DNA of 64,000 nucleotides, from NCBI GenBank assembly GCA_012862495.1, contig BLSG01000211.1, positions 33,143-97,142 on the forward strand, given 5' to 3'. The position numbers were made by a program, and so were the translations under genes. The notes below the pieces were generated by a model, which made no database searches, was not told the origin of the DNA, and was given only the letters and a program-made list of their open reading frames with translations. Source of the DNA: Thraustochytrium aureum (Eukaryota). Within the stretch, counting starts at the first letter, position 1. Every line of letters starts with the position of its first letter. Positions 34,347-45,847 of the stretch are shown here, piece after piece.

Positions 34347-35702
34347 CGTGCCGCAGGCTGCGACCGGCAAGCGCCGGCCGCACGTGCCCGTCCAGGTTGT
34401 ACCCTTTGGCGCGCACCTTGCGCCGTGGCTGAGCGCAAATTGGCGCGCTTTCCCTCGCGCGCTCCTCGACGGCCGCACGCACTCTGAAGCCAAGCGGTCG
34501 AGCGAACGCGCGCCCTACCTCTTGCGCTTGCCCTCGGCTCCTTTGGAGGGTGTTCTGGCGCTGCTGGTCGTTGGCCTCGCCAGGCTTACATCAACGAGAC
34601 TGCCACCAGGCTATGCCCAGAACCGCGATCGGCCTTGGCTTTCTGTGAGCCAAGCCAACGAACGCCCAAACGACTCTCGCAGAGCCGCCGAACCCTTGCA
34701 CTGTGCGAAGAAGTAGATGGTTTGATCGCTTGCCACTCGATCGCCGAGCGTCGTTGGCCAATTCCACAGTCTCGCCGCCTGTGGAACGGCGGCGGCGTCA
34801 GCGTGAGCACGATAGCCTTGAGCGCTTCGCCAACTTGCGCGAGCAGCTGTGGCCAGCCGCGGCCGATCGCTGGCGTGAAGCGATGTTTTCCTCAGCCGAG
34901 TGCCGCGATCTCTGCCTATCCGTTGACGCCGGTCGGACGATGGTGTGTTGTATCTTATCGTTGTGGAGCTGCCGCATCCGTGATGGTCGCGCGCGCCGGC
35001 GGGCTCGGCAGCACATTGGGGTATTCATTCACTCTACGAGAAGAGCATACCGCCTCGCTGTGCTGCGAAGAGTCCCGCCTGCCGCGGCCGCGCGTGATGA
35101 GAACCCCGCTTGTAACACCTGGCGTCCCGACTTGAAGCACCGTCGCCTGGCGTCCCGACTCGCCGCTCGGCCTCCTCCGCCGCGCGCCCGGCCCCCCGCG
35201 CCTCCGCTTGCCTGCTGGGACGGCCGGCTCGCGAGGCCCTCCTGGGCCGCGAAGCGGTCGCTGGCCGTGTCCGCTCCTGCACGGGAACACCGCCATCCCG
35301 GCCCGATGGCGCCACGGGCTCCCTCTAGCTCCAGAGGTACTTCGCCGCTTGTAGAGAGAGAGCNNNNNNNNNNNNNNNNNNNNNNNNNNNNNNNNNNNNN
35401 NNNNNNNNNNNNNNNNNNNNNNNNNNNNNNNNNNNNNNNNNNNNNNNNNNNNNNNNNNNNNNNNNNNNNNNNNNNNNNNNNNNNNNNNNNNNNNNNNNNN
35501 NNNNNNNNNNNNNNNNNNNNNNNNNNNNGCTTGTAGAGAGAGAGCGCGAGCCCGGCGTGGCGCGCAGCAGACCACGCCCTCCGCAGCGTCGCCAGCCCGG
35601 GACGCACGAGCGGCGGAAGCGAGACGGTGGCCGACCTGCTCGCGAGCCTCGAGCGGCCTTGCTTGCAGCGGGGGCGGGCCGGCGTGGGGCAGGGTGGGCG
35701 CG

Positions 35703-36445
35703 ATGGAGACCGCCCAGGCAGCGCGCGCGCTGCTATCCGATCCGACGGCGCTGTTCACACTGGGCGTAGTCCTGGTGCCGCTGATCTATGTCGACGGGGC
35801 GAGCGGCGCGGTGCAGTACCTGCTCACGCCGATGATGGTCGCCTCGGTGGTCTATTTGGGACTCATCCTGACGGTGACCCACGGCAACAAGGGCTGCGTC
35901 AAAGTCAACCCCGTGGAGAGCGCGATGGCCAACTGGTTTCTGATGAATGGCATCTACTTTAACCTTTTCCTGGACGTCGTGAGCGGCCAGTTCCAGATGA
36001 TGGACGAAATGAGCCGCCAGTACCTCGCAGTGGAGCCCCGATACCTGATGGGGCCCATGAGCGACGCGGGAGCGCCGGTCTTCATGACATCGATGCTCGA
36101 ACTCTTCTTCCAGTCCCCGCTGGCCCTGCTGACGTACTATGGGTACCACCACCGAAAGCCCTACCGGCACCTCTGTGCGTTCACGGTGTCGGTGCTGCAT
36201 GCCTCAGGCGTTTGGTACTTTTACGTGCCGGAGGTCATCCAAGGCTTTGCGCACCTCGGCGGATGGCCCGCGAGCCTGGGCGAGGCTTTGTCTTGGCAGC
36301 GCATCTTGTTTTCTGGTTTGGTTTTTGGTTCTGTGGCCTGCTGTGGCTTTACGTGCCTTTCCAGATCTGCAAGTACACTTGGGGCAAGATTTGCGCCTCT
36401 GTCGCGCTTGCGGACGAGCGCGGGGCGGCAGAAAAGGCTAGCTGA
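35703..36445 (+). CDS. EXPERA/EBP (emopamil-binding sterol isomerase-like) membrane protein; frameshift near 36310
   Basis: WFLMNG, QYLAVEPRY, SMLELFFQSPLALLTYY and G.WYF, then FWFGFWFCGLLWLYVPF in the next frame. Confidence 0.8.
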
Positions 36446-36864
36446 ACTAGCGCCCGGGCCAGCCTCGGCTCGCCCAGGCGCAGCAGGCAGTGCGAGGGAA
36501 GGCGAGGAGGACATGCGAAACAACGAACGAGCCTCTCGATCCTTTTAAACGCTGGGCATCGAGCCTCCGCGGGCAGCGCTGCGCGCGCGGAACGAGGGCG
36601 AACGAGCAAATAGGCCATCAACACGATTTCCCTTTTCTCTTGCAACGAGTAAGAGAAAGAGAGAGGTTTCTCAACTGGAGCTAGAGAAGAGAGATCGAGC
36701 TGGCCGGCTCAACTGCAACCCCGTCACGCGTCGCGCCAGCTCGAGCAGAGATGAAGTGAAAGGGTCGTCCTGTTTTTTATTTTACCCTTGAGAGTAGGTT
36801 GGACAGCGAGCGGCTCCAGGCAGCGTAGCGCGCACGAGCCGTCTCGCGGGGCCCGCGCCAGCGC

Positions 36865-37359
36865 TCAGGCAGAGTAGAGGTCCGACACGCTCGAAACGAT
36901 CTTGGCCTTGGAGCCGCTGCGATCGATCTTGAAGACAAACTGCTCGGGGATGGGCTTCTCGACGGTCTCGCCGGCCTCGGCGAACGCGAGGTTCATCTCG
37001 CTGCTCTTGGCAGCAATTACCTGAAAGTCCGCGTTCTCCTGGGTCTCCTTGGACAGGGTGATGTGGCACCCGTCCGTCTTGTCGATCGCGACGGAGAGCA
37101 CCGAGGCGCCGGGCTTCATGATGAGCTTGATGCGCTGGCAGTTGGAGATCTCGATGGTGCTCATGACCGAGTCGACGTGCACCTCGATGAGGGCGCAGTT
37201 GTCGACCTGCAGCGAGTTGCACTTGCCCTTGATGTCGATCTTGCCGGGCTTGCCCTTCTCGCCCTTGCACTTGAACAAGCTGACGCTCTTCTTGAAACTA
37301 TCTACATCCACTGTCTCGTTGGCGACGCCCTCGACGTCGATGCGGTTCGGGTTCCTCAT
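36865..37359 (-). CDS. Cyclase-associated protein C-terminal (CARP) domain-only protein
   Basis: IKGKCNSLQVDNC, IEISNC, VAIDKTDGCHI.LS, AKSSEMN, EKPIPEQF. Confidence 0.9.
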   Translation of the reverse strand: MRNPNRIDVEGVANETVDVDSFKKSVSLFKCKGEKGKPGKIDIKGKCNSLQVDNCALIEVHVDSVMSTIEISNCQRIKLIMKPGASVLSVAIDKTDGCHITLSKETQENADFQVIAAKSSEMNLAFAEAGETVEKPIPEQFVFKIDRSGSKAKIVSSVSDLYSA

Positions 37360-37957
37360 TGTGCTTTTGCTGCTGTGCCGCCGAGCGCGCTGGTCAGCCT
37401 TGCACGCTCTGCGCGGTGGTGGAAGAAGCGTTGCCCCCCCGGTGCAGCAGCAGCAAGCAAGAGCCGCTTGGGGCGGCAAGCGAGCGAGCGGGCGGGCGAG
37501 GCAGCAGGGCCGAGGGAACTCACGGTGCGCTGTTTGCTCGGGCAGGGAAGGGCTGCGGGCGAGGAGCTAGCAAGATGCAGGTGTGCCGCCGTTGGGTGTC
37601 TGCCTGCCTCGCCGGCTGGATCTTCCTGTTCCCTCCTTCAGCGCCGCAACAGGCGGGGAGCGTAAGCGGCTTCCTCCTGTCGGGCCAACTGCAACAGTGC
37701 GGTATTGTCGAGAGGGCTGCGCGCGGCGCCCCTCTTGCGTCGATCGCCGCGCGGTGGGTGGAAAGGGCCGAGCAACGGAAAACCCACCTCGAGGTGTGCA
37801 ATTCGNNNNNNNNNNNNNNNNNNNNNNNNNNNNNNNNNNNNNNNNNNNNNNNNNNNNNNNNNNNNNNNNNNNNNNNNNNNNNNNNNNNNNNNNNNNNNNN
37901 NNNNNNNNNNNNNNAACCGTCTTTGTTGGGCTCCACGGGATCCAGCTTGCCATTCCC

Positions 37958-38032
37958 AGGGCGGCAACACGCGGGCGGGCGGCGGCAACGCGCGGGCGGC
38001 AACGCGCGGGCGGCAACGCGCGGGCGGCAACA
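37958..38032. repeat. 14-bp tandem repeat GGGCGGCAACGCGC x~5
   Basis: Read directly, 3' of the surface-protein gene. Confidence 0.8.
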
Positions 38033-38082
38033 CGCTCAAGCTTACAGGTGATTCTTTTAAAAGGCGGTTGCGCCAGCTGCTG

Positions 38083-40644
38083 TCAGATGGCAAGGCCAGT
38101 GTGCGGCAACGACGGGGAGGGCGGCGCACGAGCTGGCTCAGAGCTGGCCAACGGGAGAAACTCGGTCCCTGAGAGAGCGCCTGCTGACGTCGAAGGCTCG
38201 ACCTCAAGCACGTTCTCCTCACCGTCAAAGTAGTCGGCGTCCTGGTTAAGCCGCGAGTACGCGCCACCCGACTCGGTCCTCCCCAGACGAAAGTTGGAAA
38301 TCATCTGCACGCCCGTCGGCGTGCAACAACAAGCGTAGGCCGCCCCCGCTGCAAGCAAAAGCATCAACCAGCCGCCCGCACCAGAGCCGCCGAGCAGGCC
38401 CGAAGGGGCACAGTCGCTACCCGAGTAGCCCGAGGCGCACTCTGCGCAGGTCGGTCCCTTGCGCGAGGCAGGACAAATGCACGTGCCAGTGACAAAGTCG
38501 CAGTTGCCGACGGCGCAGGCGGGCGAGCAGTCGCGCTTGGGCAGACACTCGGGGTACGAGACGTAGCCAGTCCCGCAAAAGTCGCAGCGAGCGCCAGCAT
38601 AGCCTGGCGCACAGCGGCACGACCCGTCTGACTCGCGCATGCCGTGACCGCAGTCGCTGGCGATCGACATGAAGGGAACCTTGGCGACGGCCGCGTCCGG
38701 GTCGGGGATCCCGAGCTCGATATTGTGGCAGCGCGCCCCATGCGAGATGAGCTCGAGGATCTGGTCAGAGATGACCGCGTGGTCGTTGGCCTCGAACGAC
38801 TTTGCACAAGCGTCGCTGTCGAGGTGCCCGGTCAGGCAGGCGGCCTCGACGGCGGCGACGCAGCCCTCATCGCTGGCGGACTTGTCCACACAGACGCACA
38901 GGTAGTGGTCCACGGGCGTGAGCTTGCCAATCGAGGTCTGCGCAAACTGGCCGAGGTGGTAGCGTGGGTGCTGCGGGTGGTCGCAGCGATCCCACGACAT
39001 GCTGTCCCCCTCGCCCACGCAGCCCTCCTCCGCGTAGGTTTCGCACCACGAGTAGCCACGCTGGTTCCCCGGGTCGCGGCAGTTGTCGGGAAACTTGAGT
39101 ACGTCGCCGTTCGGTGCTTTCCATTCTTGTTTGCAGTGGCATCTGTTGTTTGTGAAGGTCAGCATTTCGTTTCCACCGAGCCCGCACTCAGAGCCGTGGT
39201 CGATGAGGTGCATCACGTGGCGCGTCACCGCGTGGCGAAAGTCAGCCTTCTCCGCCACCTCGCAGTCGTGTTTGGGAATCGAGCCGGCTTTGCAGGCCTT
39301 AACGACCATCTCTTTGCAGAGCGCGCTCTGGTGGTCGTCAAGGCAGACGCAGAGGTAATGCGGCTCGCGCTTCTCGCGCAGCGAGTGGCGGTTGGTCTTG
39401 TAGCACGGAGGATTCGCGCACTGATCCGATTGGTGTCGGTGCAGCTTTTGGGCGCAGTTGGCGCCAGCGTCGATCATCTTCAAGATGCGCTCCACAATTT
39501 GGGCGTGGTTGTTCTCGTCAAAGGAGGCAAAGCAGTCGGCCTCGGGGATGTGCCCCACCATGCAGGCCACGCGCACGGCGTCCTCGCACTGCTTGTCGAG
39601 GCGAGACACGTCGCCGTCGCCAGCGAGGCACACGCACAAGTAGTGGTCCTCTGAGGTGACCATCTGCTGCCCGTGCAGCCTGTGCACGGGAAGCGCAGCC
39701 TGCGACACGTCGGCGCGCAGCTTCTCCATGTCGGCGCTCGGGCACTTGGCTCCGTGCTGGATCACGTCCACGACGTGCCGCGAGATGCGGTCGTGATCGC
39801 CGCTCTCGAACGACTCGCGGCACAACTCCGCGGGGATGTGGCCCACGGTGCAGGCCGCCTTGACTGCTTCGATGCAGCGGTCATCGTCCTTGGAGATTAT
39901 GCACGTGCACAAGTAGTGGTCGCCCTGCTGCGGCATGCCGCTTGCCTGGGCCTGGATCGTCTCTTTGGTGGATTGCCGCACCTGGAGCCCGCCAGCGCTG
40001 TGCTGCTCGACGACCGGCGTCTGCGCGCCTGCCGCCACCACCTGTGGCGCAGCGAATACTACGGGCTGGGACGGGGTCTGCGGCTGCTGGACGATTACGG
40101 GAGTGGACTGGCGAGCCGCGGCCGGGACAGTTGGGCCGCTCGCGGCCGTCTGAGGTGGAAGATTGGCAGCAACCAGTTTCCATGCAGGCGCCGTCGAGCA
40201 GTCTGCGTACTTGAGAAACTGCGTGGGCGGTTCGGCCGCGAAAAACCCAGGCGCAAGGCACAGCTGCGTGTTTTCGTTGCGGATCTGCCCGCCGGAGAGG
40301 AACGTGAAAAGCGCGCTGCGCGGTCCGTTCGGGGCATACCCGGACTGAAACACCTGGACCGCGCCAGCGTTGTCAGAAAAGTCGTTCAGGAAGAGCCCGT
40401 GCGCTCCGAGGTGCCCGTCCGTAAAGTAGTGCCACACCATGGAAGCGTCCCTGTCCGAGCACGTCTCCTTCAGTTGCACGGTCTTGCCGTCCCCCATGAC
40501 CGCCAGGCACGTCCTCAGCGCGTTGGGATCATTCAGCACCACGTTCACCCCGCGTTCAAACCCTTGCGCGACCGATTGGCCCTGCGCCCCGGCAGCCGCC
40601 GCTGCCGCCAGCGCCACTGCAGCCGCCCTGCGCGCAGCCACCAT
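38083..40644 (-). CDS. Type I cell-surface protein: signal peptide, ricin-B-like lectin region, four Cys/His repeats, kringle/FN2-like module, EGF/laminin-EGF repeats, TM, short tail
   Basis: N-terminal hydrophobic signal, CL..VQL..C..W and GQIRN...LCL patterns, HYLCxC repeats, CRCAPGYAGARCD.C, and TM GWLMLLLAAGAAYACCC. Confidence 0.85.
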   Translation of the reverse strand: MVAARRAAAVALAAAAAAGAQGQSVAQGFERGVNVVLNDPNALRTCLAVMGDGKTVQLKETCSDRDASMVWHYFTDGHLGAHGLFLNDFSDNAGAVQVFQSGYAPNGPRSALFTFLSGGQIRNENTQLCLAPGFFAAEPPTQFLKYADCSTAPAWKLVAANLPPQTAASGPTVPAAARQSTPVIVQQPQTPSQPVVFAAPQVVAAGAQTPVVEQHSAGGLQVRQSTKETIQAQASGMPQQGDHYLCTCIISKDDDRCIEAVKAACTVGHIPAELCRESFESGDHDRISRHVVDVIQHGAKCPSADMEKLRADVSQAALPVHRLHGQQMVTSEDHYLCVCLAGDGDVSRLDKQCEDAVRVACMVGHIPEADCFASFDENNHAQIVERILKMIDAGANCAQKLHRHQSDQCANPPCYKTNRHSLREKREPHYLCVCLDDHQSALCKEMVVKACKAGSIPKHDCEVAEKADFRHAVTRHVMHLIDHGSECGLGGNEMLTFTNNRCHCKQEWKAPNGDVLKFPDNCRDPGNQRGYSWCETYAEEGCVGEGDSMSWDRCDHPQHPRYHLGQFAQTSIGKLTPVDHYLCVCVDKSASDEGCVAAVEAACLTGHLDSDACAKSFEANDHAVISDQILELISHGARCHNIELGIPDPDAAVAKVPFMSIASDCGHGMRESDGSCRCAPGYAGARCDFCGTGYVSYPECLPKRDCSPACAVGNCDFVTGTCICPASRKGPTCAECASGYSGSDCAPSGLLGGSGAGGWLMLLLAAGAAYACCCTPTGVQMISNFRLGRTESGGAYSRLNQDADYFDGEENVLEVEPSTSAGALSGTEFLPLASSEPARAPPSPSLPHTGLAI

Positions 40645-41295
40645 CCCTCCTGCTGCTGCGCCTCTGTCTCTCTGCTCCGCTGTTCGGGCTCTGCCGCTGT
40701 CCTGCTCGCGAAGGCGGGTCGGATTCGGCGTTGGTCAAAAACCGCTGAACACAGCGAAGCCACAGCGAACAGCGACACAGCGAAGAGACTGCCCCCGCGG
40801 GGGTAGGTAGGGGGTAGGAGGGGAGGCCCACCAAATGGAATAATTCTATTGTTCTGTTGGCAGNNNNNNNNNNNNNNNNNNNNNNNNNNNNNNNNNNNNN
40901 NNNNNNNNNNNNNNNNNNNNNNNNNNNNNNNNNNNNNNNNNNNNNNNNNNNNNNNNNNNNNNNNNNNNNNNNNNNNNNNNNNNNNNNNNNNNNNNNNNNN
41001 NNNNNNNNNNNNNNNNNNNNNNNNNNNNNNNNNNNNNNNNNNNNNNNNNNNNNNNNNNNNNNNNNNNNNNNNNNNNNNNNNNNNNNNNNNNNNNNNNNNN
41101 NNNNNNNNNNNNNNNNNNNNNNNNNNNNNNNNNNNNNNNNNNNNNNNNNNNNNNNNNNNNNNNNNNNNNNNNNNNNNNNNNNNNNNNNNNNNNNNNNNNN
41201 NNNNNNNNNNNNNNNNNNNNNNNNNNNNNNNNNNNNNNNNNNNNNNNNNNNNNNNNNNNNNNNNNNNNNNNNNNNNNNNNNNNNNNNNNNNNNNT

Positions 41296-42883
41296 TCCTC
41301 GCAGCGTTGGCGCGCCTCGTCGCTAAACATGCTCAGGTCTGATACGTCTGGCTTTGTGGTCGCAGCTGCGCGCCGCGCGCGAGCCAGCGCGGTGGACCAG
41401 CGTTTCTTGGAGGCGTCAAAGTCTGGCACAGTTGTGTTCACGCGCGGCTTGAACGAGCAAGTCTCTGAAAACTCGCGGCGCCGCCGGTCCGCCTCATGGC
41501 GCTCGCGCTCGTGGCGCTGTCGCTCGTGCTCCTGCAGTCGCGACGGGAGCCGGCTTTCGCTCAAGAGCTGCTGGGCGCGCCTGTCGCGCTGGGCTACGCG
41601 CTCCTGCTCGCTCATCCTGCGTCGAGCGGGCGGCGCCGACGACGGCCGCGCACGCTCGGAGGGGGCGTTGTTGTTGTTGCTTTCGCTGGCGTTGCGCGGG
41701 CTTGCGCATTGCCGCTCGCGCTGCCGCGCGCGCTGCTTTTCTGCACGGAGCTCGAGCCCGCGGAAAGGTGCCTGTGACTCTCGCAGGACCTGACTCCGCT
41801 CCAGCTTGCGACCCAGCGAGCGCGCTCGCGACTCTCGAACCATCTCCTGATACTTTGGGAGGAAGGGTGGACGCAGGCACGGGCCGCGCCTTGAACCGCA
41901 CGCTAAGGTGCGCCTCCTCTTCGCGCATCTTGCGCAGGCGCTCCTGTTCGAGCTCTCGCCGCTTCTTGTCGCGGGACGAAAACCGCACCCTGCCTTCTGA
42001 CCTGGTGTACTCGTCCTCTTCGCTCAAGTCGCCATCAAACGCCTGCTGCCGGGCTGCGCGAGCAACACTCATGGAGGTGCCGCGTTCGCCAAACCCCAGC
42101 TGGCGATCGCGGGTACCACAGAGCATCTCACGCCGCAATGCGGCAGCGAAAGCGCGCGTTTCAGCGCCGTGCCGCGCGAAGGCGGCATCCAGCTCGTCCT
42201 CCTGGCTGCTGGTCTCGTCTTGAACACTCTCGTCGCCAGGCAACTGCGGCCGCTCGCGGCCCCGGCCGGCGCTTGCGCGCTGCGCGAGCAACAGCCGCGC
42301 CTTTCGGTCGGCTTGCTTGGCGCGCTGCTCCGCGACGAGCTTGGCGCGCTGCAGTCTCGCGACTTGCTGGGCCTTGTTGTCCCGGTCGCTCTCCAGCTCA
42401 AGTATTGTCTCAATCAACGCGTCCGTCGTGGTCTCCTCGGTGTGGTCGCGAGCGCTGCTGTGCCATGCTGCGGGCAGGCTGGCTTGCTCGCTCCGGTGCG
42501 AGCGCGCCTCTGACGCAAGCCATTCCTCAGAATGCTTGCTCTCGTCCATAGTGATGCCTTCCAGCGGGTACCGGCATGCCCAGGCAGGTTTTCGAGCTCG
42601 CTCGTTGCTGCCCTGATCAGGCCGCCCCTTTGTCGGTGCAGTGCGACCTTGGATCGCTGGCTTGCTGGCGCCAGGATTGTAGTTGCGCGCCCACGCCTGT
42701 CGCGGTCGGGACGCTTCGCTGCCGCGCATGGCTTTGATGCGTTTAGCGGCCTCTGCAGCGCGCAGTGCCTCCTCGCGCTTGCCCCTTGGCGTCGAGGACG
42801 CGGTACTTGAAGGCATCGCCCCCACCGCTCCCCGGGGCCACTCGCAGGCTTTGCAATTGAGCCTGGAGCACCGCGTCGCTCAT
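41296..42883 (-). CDS. FAM161 (UPF0564)-like coiled-coil centriolar/ciliary protein, frameshifted, 3' end in gap
   Basis: FKARPVPAST, QAPF..., SRLPSRL and FKPRVNTTVPDF motifs. Confidence 0.7.
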
Positions 42884-43802
42884 CGCGGTCGCCTGCACCG
42901 CAACACCGCCCCCTCTGACTGCGCGCGATTTCTTGTTCGTGCCCTTGTGCGGCAGCTCGCCCACAGCCTTTGCACAGCCCGATGATCCCCCGAGCTGTGG
43001 CTCGCGAAGGACGCGCTGCTCAGTCTCGCCCGCGGGCGGCGTCTTCTGCCGCGCGAGACTGCACGAAAAGGCCGTTGGACGTTCATAGCCGTTGGGAATG
43101 GGAAAATGTGGGCTTTGCCCTTGGCTTGCACCTGGCTGCCCACCTGCACGCGCGCCTTCCCCCAGGCGCGACGCTGCGGTTCNNNNNNNNNNNNNNNNNN
43201 NNNNNNNNNNNNNNNNNNNNNNNNNNNNNNNNNNNNNNNNNNNNNNNNNNNNNNNNNNNNNNNNNNNNNNNNNNNNNNNNNNNNNNNNNNNNNNNNNNNN
43301 NNNNNNNNNNNNNNNNNNNNNNNNNNNNNNNNNNNNNNNNNNNNNNNNNNNNNNNNNNNNNNNNNNNNNNNNNNGCTGCGGTTCGGCGCGGCCGTCAAAA
43401 AGTGTAAATGGTTTTGTTTGCGTGGATCAAAAGGGTTGTGACACGAAACGCCTCGCCGTCCTCTCGCCAACTGCCAACAACGCTCCCACCAAAGGGCGCG
43501 AACCTGACGGGGGGCAGCCCTGGCCTCACGGAGGCGCGGGCGAGCCGGTTGGGCGAGGCTCGGGGCGCGAACAAGCCCACGGCGCCTCGACAGCATCCGG
43601 AACCCTCCGGCCGATCTATCCAGCCAAGGACACACCTAAGCCTCACCCCGCTCGCCTTCCTCGCCGCCATCTCTCGCGCTACTTCCAGGCGCCAGAGTTG
43701 GATCGTTAAGGCCCAAGAGAGGTTTGGCCTCCCGTGGCGATGTTGACAGCGCGGACTCGCTCTCGCTCAGGTCGTCGCTGTCCTCCGACGCAGCCTTCGC
43801 GC

Positions 43803-45847
43803 TCAGTTCAGCGCCGGCGTGGCCGGCGGGCTTGGATGCAATTTTCGTCCTGCGGCTTCCAAAGCAAGCGTCGCACCAGGCTCTTCGGCATGGTCGACCA
43901 AGACAGCGTCAACGCCGCCTTCTTTGCTCTCGCTGCTCCCCATTGCAGCGGTTTGCGTTTCGTCGTTCAGGGCCTCGTGTGCGAGCTTGCCCGACTGCTC
44001 GCTCTGACTAGCGTCGCCGCAGCTGCTGTTGCTCTTCCTCTCGAGGTCGGCATTCTTCTTTTCGATGATCATGCTGTACACCTTTTGCACAAGAGCCGGT
44101 CCTTTGCGTAGCGCACTGTCCGCGCCGACCGAGCTAAAGTCCTTCTCGTGGTCGCTGGCACTGACGCCGACGACGCAGCCTCCGTAGCCCGCCTCTCGAA
44201 TGCGCTTGACCGTCTCGATCCCGTCAATGTCAGAGCCCATCTCCTTGTCCATGGTCACCACCGCGTACTGCTTCTTCTCGTCGATGATCTTGTGAAGCGC
44301 CTCGCCCCCGGTGCTGGCAACGTCAATGTTGAGATTGACGCCCTCTTTCAGCGCGATGCGGCGGAGCGTTTTCTTGATCATGAAAATGAACGTCTCATCG
44401 TCATCTGTGACCAGAATGTCCGCCGTCAACTCAAAGTTGCCGTCGTCATGGTGTGACTCGGCTCCACCTACCAGTTCAGGCCCATCGATTTGGCCGGGCA
44501 GGCCGCCTTCGAGCTTTGACCGCTTCGCCGTGTTGGATTCGTCGGTTGAGCCCTCGCTGAGGCCTGACGCGTCCGTCACGCCCTCCCGAGACCGCTTCAT
44601 CAGCGCGGGTTCATCAGAAGGGGACGTTGAGCCGGGGGTCGATTCCGCTGCGGCGTTGCAGGCAGGGGCGGCGTCGCACCCTGTTCCCGTGTCTGGCTTT
44701 GCGCCGTCATCCATGGCCCCATCCTCGGCCTCGCCGTCCTCTTCCTCGTCTTCGTCGAGCCCGCCTTCCTTCTTGCCTCCTCGAATGTACTCTTGCATCT
44801 CCCGCTCGTAGCGCTTTTTGTCGTCCTGGGCAAGCTGGATGTAGGGGGCTCGCTCCTCTGCGGTCAGCTTTTTCCACTTCTCGCCGAGGTTGGCGCCAAT
44901 GTCGGTGAAGGCCTTTTGCACGTCAAAGTGCTCGCGGCGATTGTTCTTGTTCCGCATGAGCTTGTAATGCTCCTTGAAGAAGAAGTTCCAAGCGTACCGC
45001 GCGGGTTTCGGCGCGAGGGGGTCTTTGGGCCGACGCTTCCGCTGCTTTTTCTGCATCGCTTGAGGGGCCAACATTGCGCCCGCTTGGTACAGCGTCACAG
45101 GCCCGCCCATCATGTCGTTTCCGACGACGTCAACTGAGTACATGCCCAAATTTGGCTGAGCCTGGTGAAAGTATTGCCCCGGGATCCCCACTCCCGGGAC
45201 GAGCTGCACCTGCGGGTAAATAAACCCCCGCCTTGGCTGAGTTGCATCATCAGCTGGGGCTGCCCGAACTGGGGGAAAACCTGCTGCGGAGGCGCTGGCT
45301 GCTGTCCGTTCAGGCTGTTCAGAAAGACTTGTGGCTGCCCTTGCTGTTGTTGGTGTTGCAGTTGTTGCTGTTGCTGCTGCGACTCTTGCTGCTGCTGCTG
45401 TGGTTGCTGATGCTGCTGCTCATGCGACTGTTGTGGTTGCTGTTGCGGCTGCTGTTGGGGTTGCTGCTGCGACTGCTGCTGCGGCTGAGGGATCTGCTGT
45501 TGGAAAGCATGATGCCCGTTTGGCTGCACGATGTGCGCCTGAAGAGCTCCACCAGGCCGCAGGGTGACGCGATACTGTCCAGCCCCTTGCGCCCGTAACG
45601 CGTCAAGAAAGGACGCATCTGGCATCCACTGCTGGAGCTGTTGTGGCTGAAGTTGCACGTGCTGCACCTGAGGGAAAAATTGGGCTTGGCCCGGCTGCAT
45701 GTGTTGGCTTTGCGGAACCTGCTGGAACTGCTGGTATTGTTGCGGCTGCTGCTGCTGCTGCTGTTGCTGCTGTTGCTGCTGCTGCTGTTGCTGCTGGAAC
45801 TGAGATCCCATGATATGCTGAAGCTGTGCGCCGGGCATTAGACTGCT
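43803..45847 (-). CDS. Gln-rich HMG-box protein with a C-terminal response-regulator receiver domain; frameshift near 45225, 5' end in gap
   Basis: PolyQ, HMG box KDPLAPKPARYAWNFF..IGANLGEKWKKLTAEERAPY..LAQDDKKRYEREM, and REC ILVTDDD..GGEAL..VTMDKEM..DGIET..VVGVSA..GAD..RK. Confidence 0.88.

Noticed and set aside
34500..35360. Possible gene between bestrophin and EXPERA
   Set aside because: No frame gives a recognisable or convincingly protein-like product
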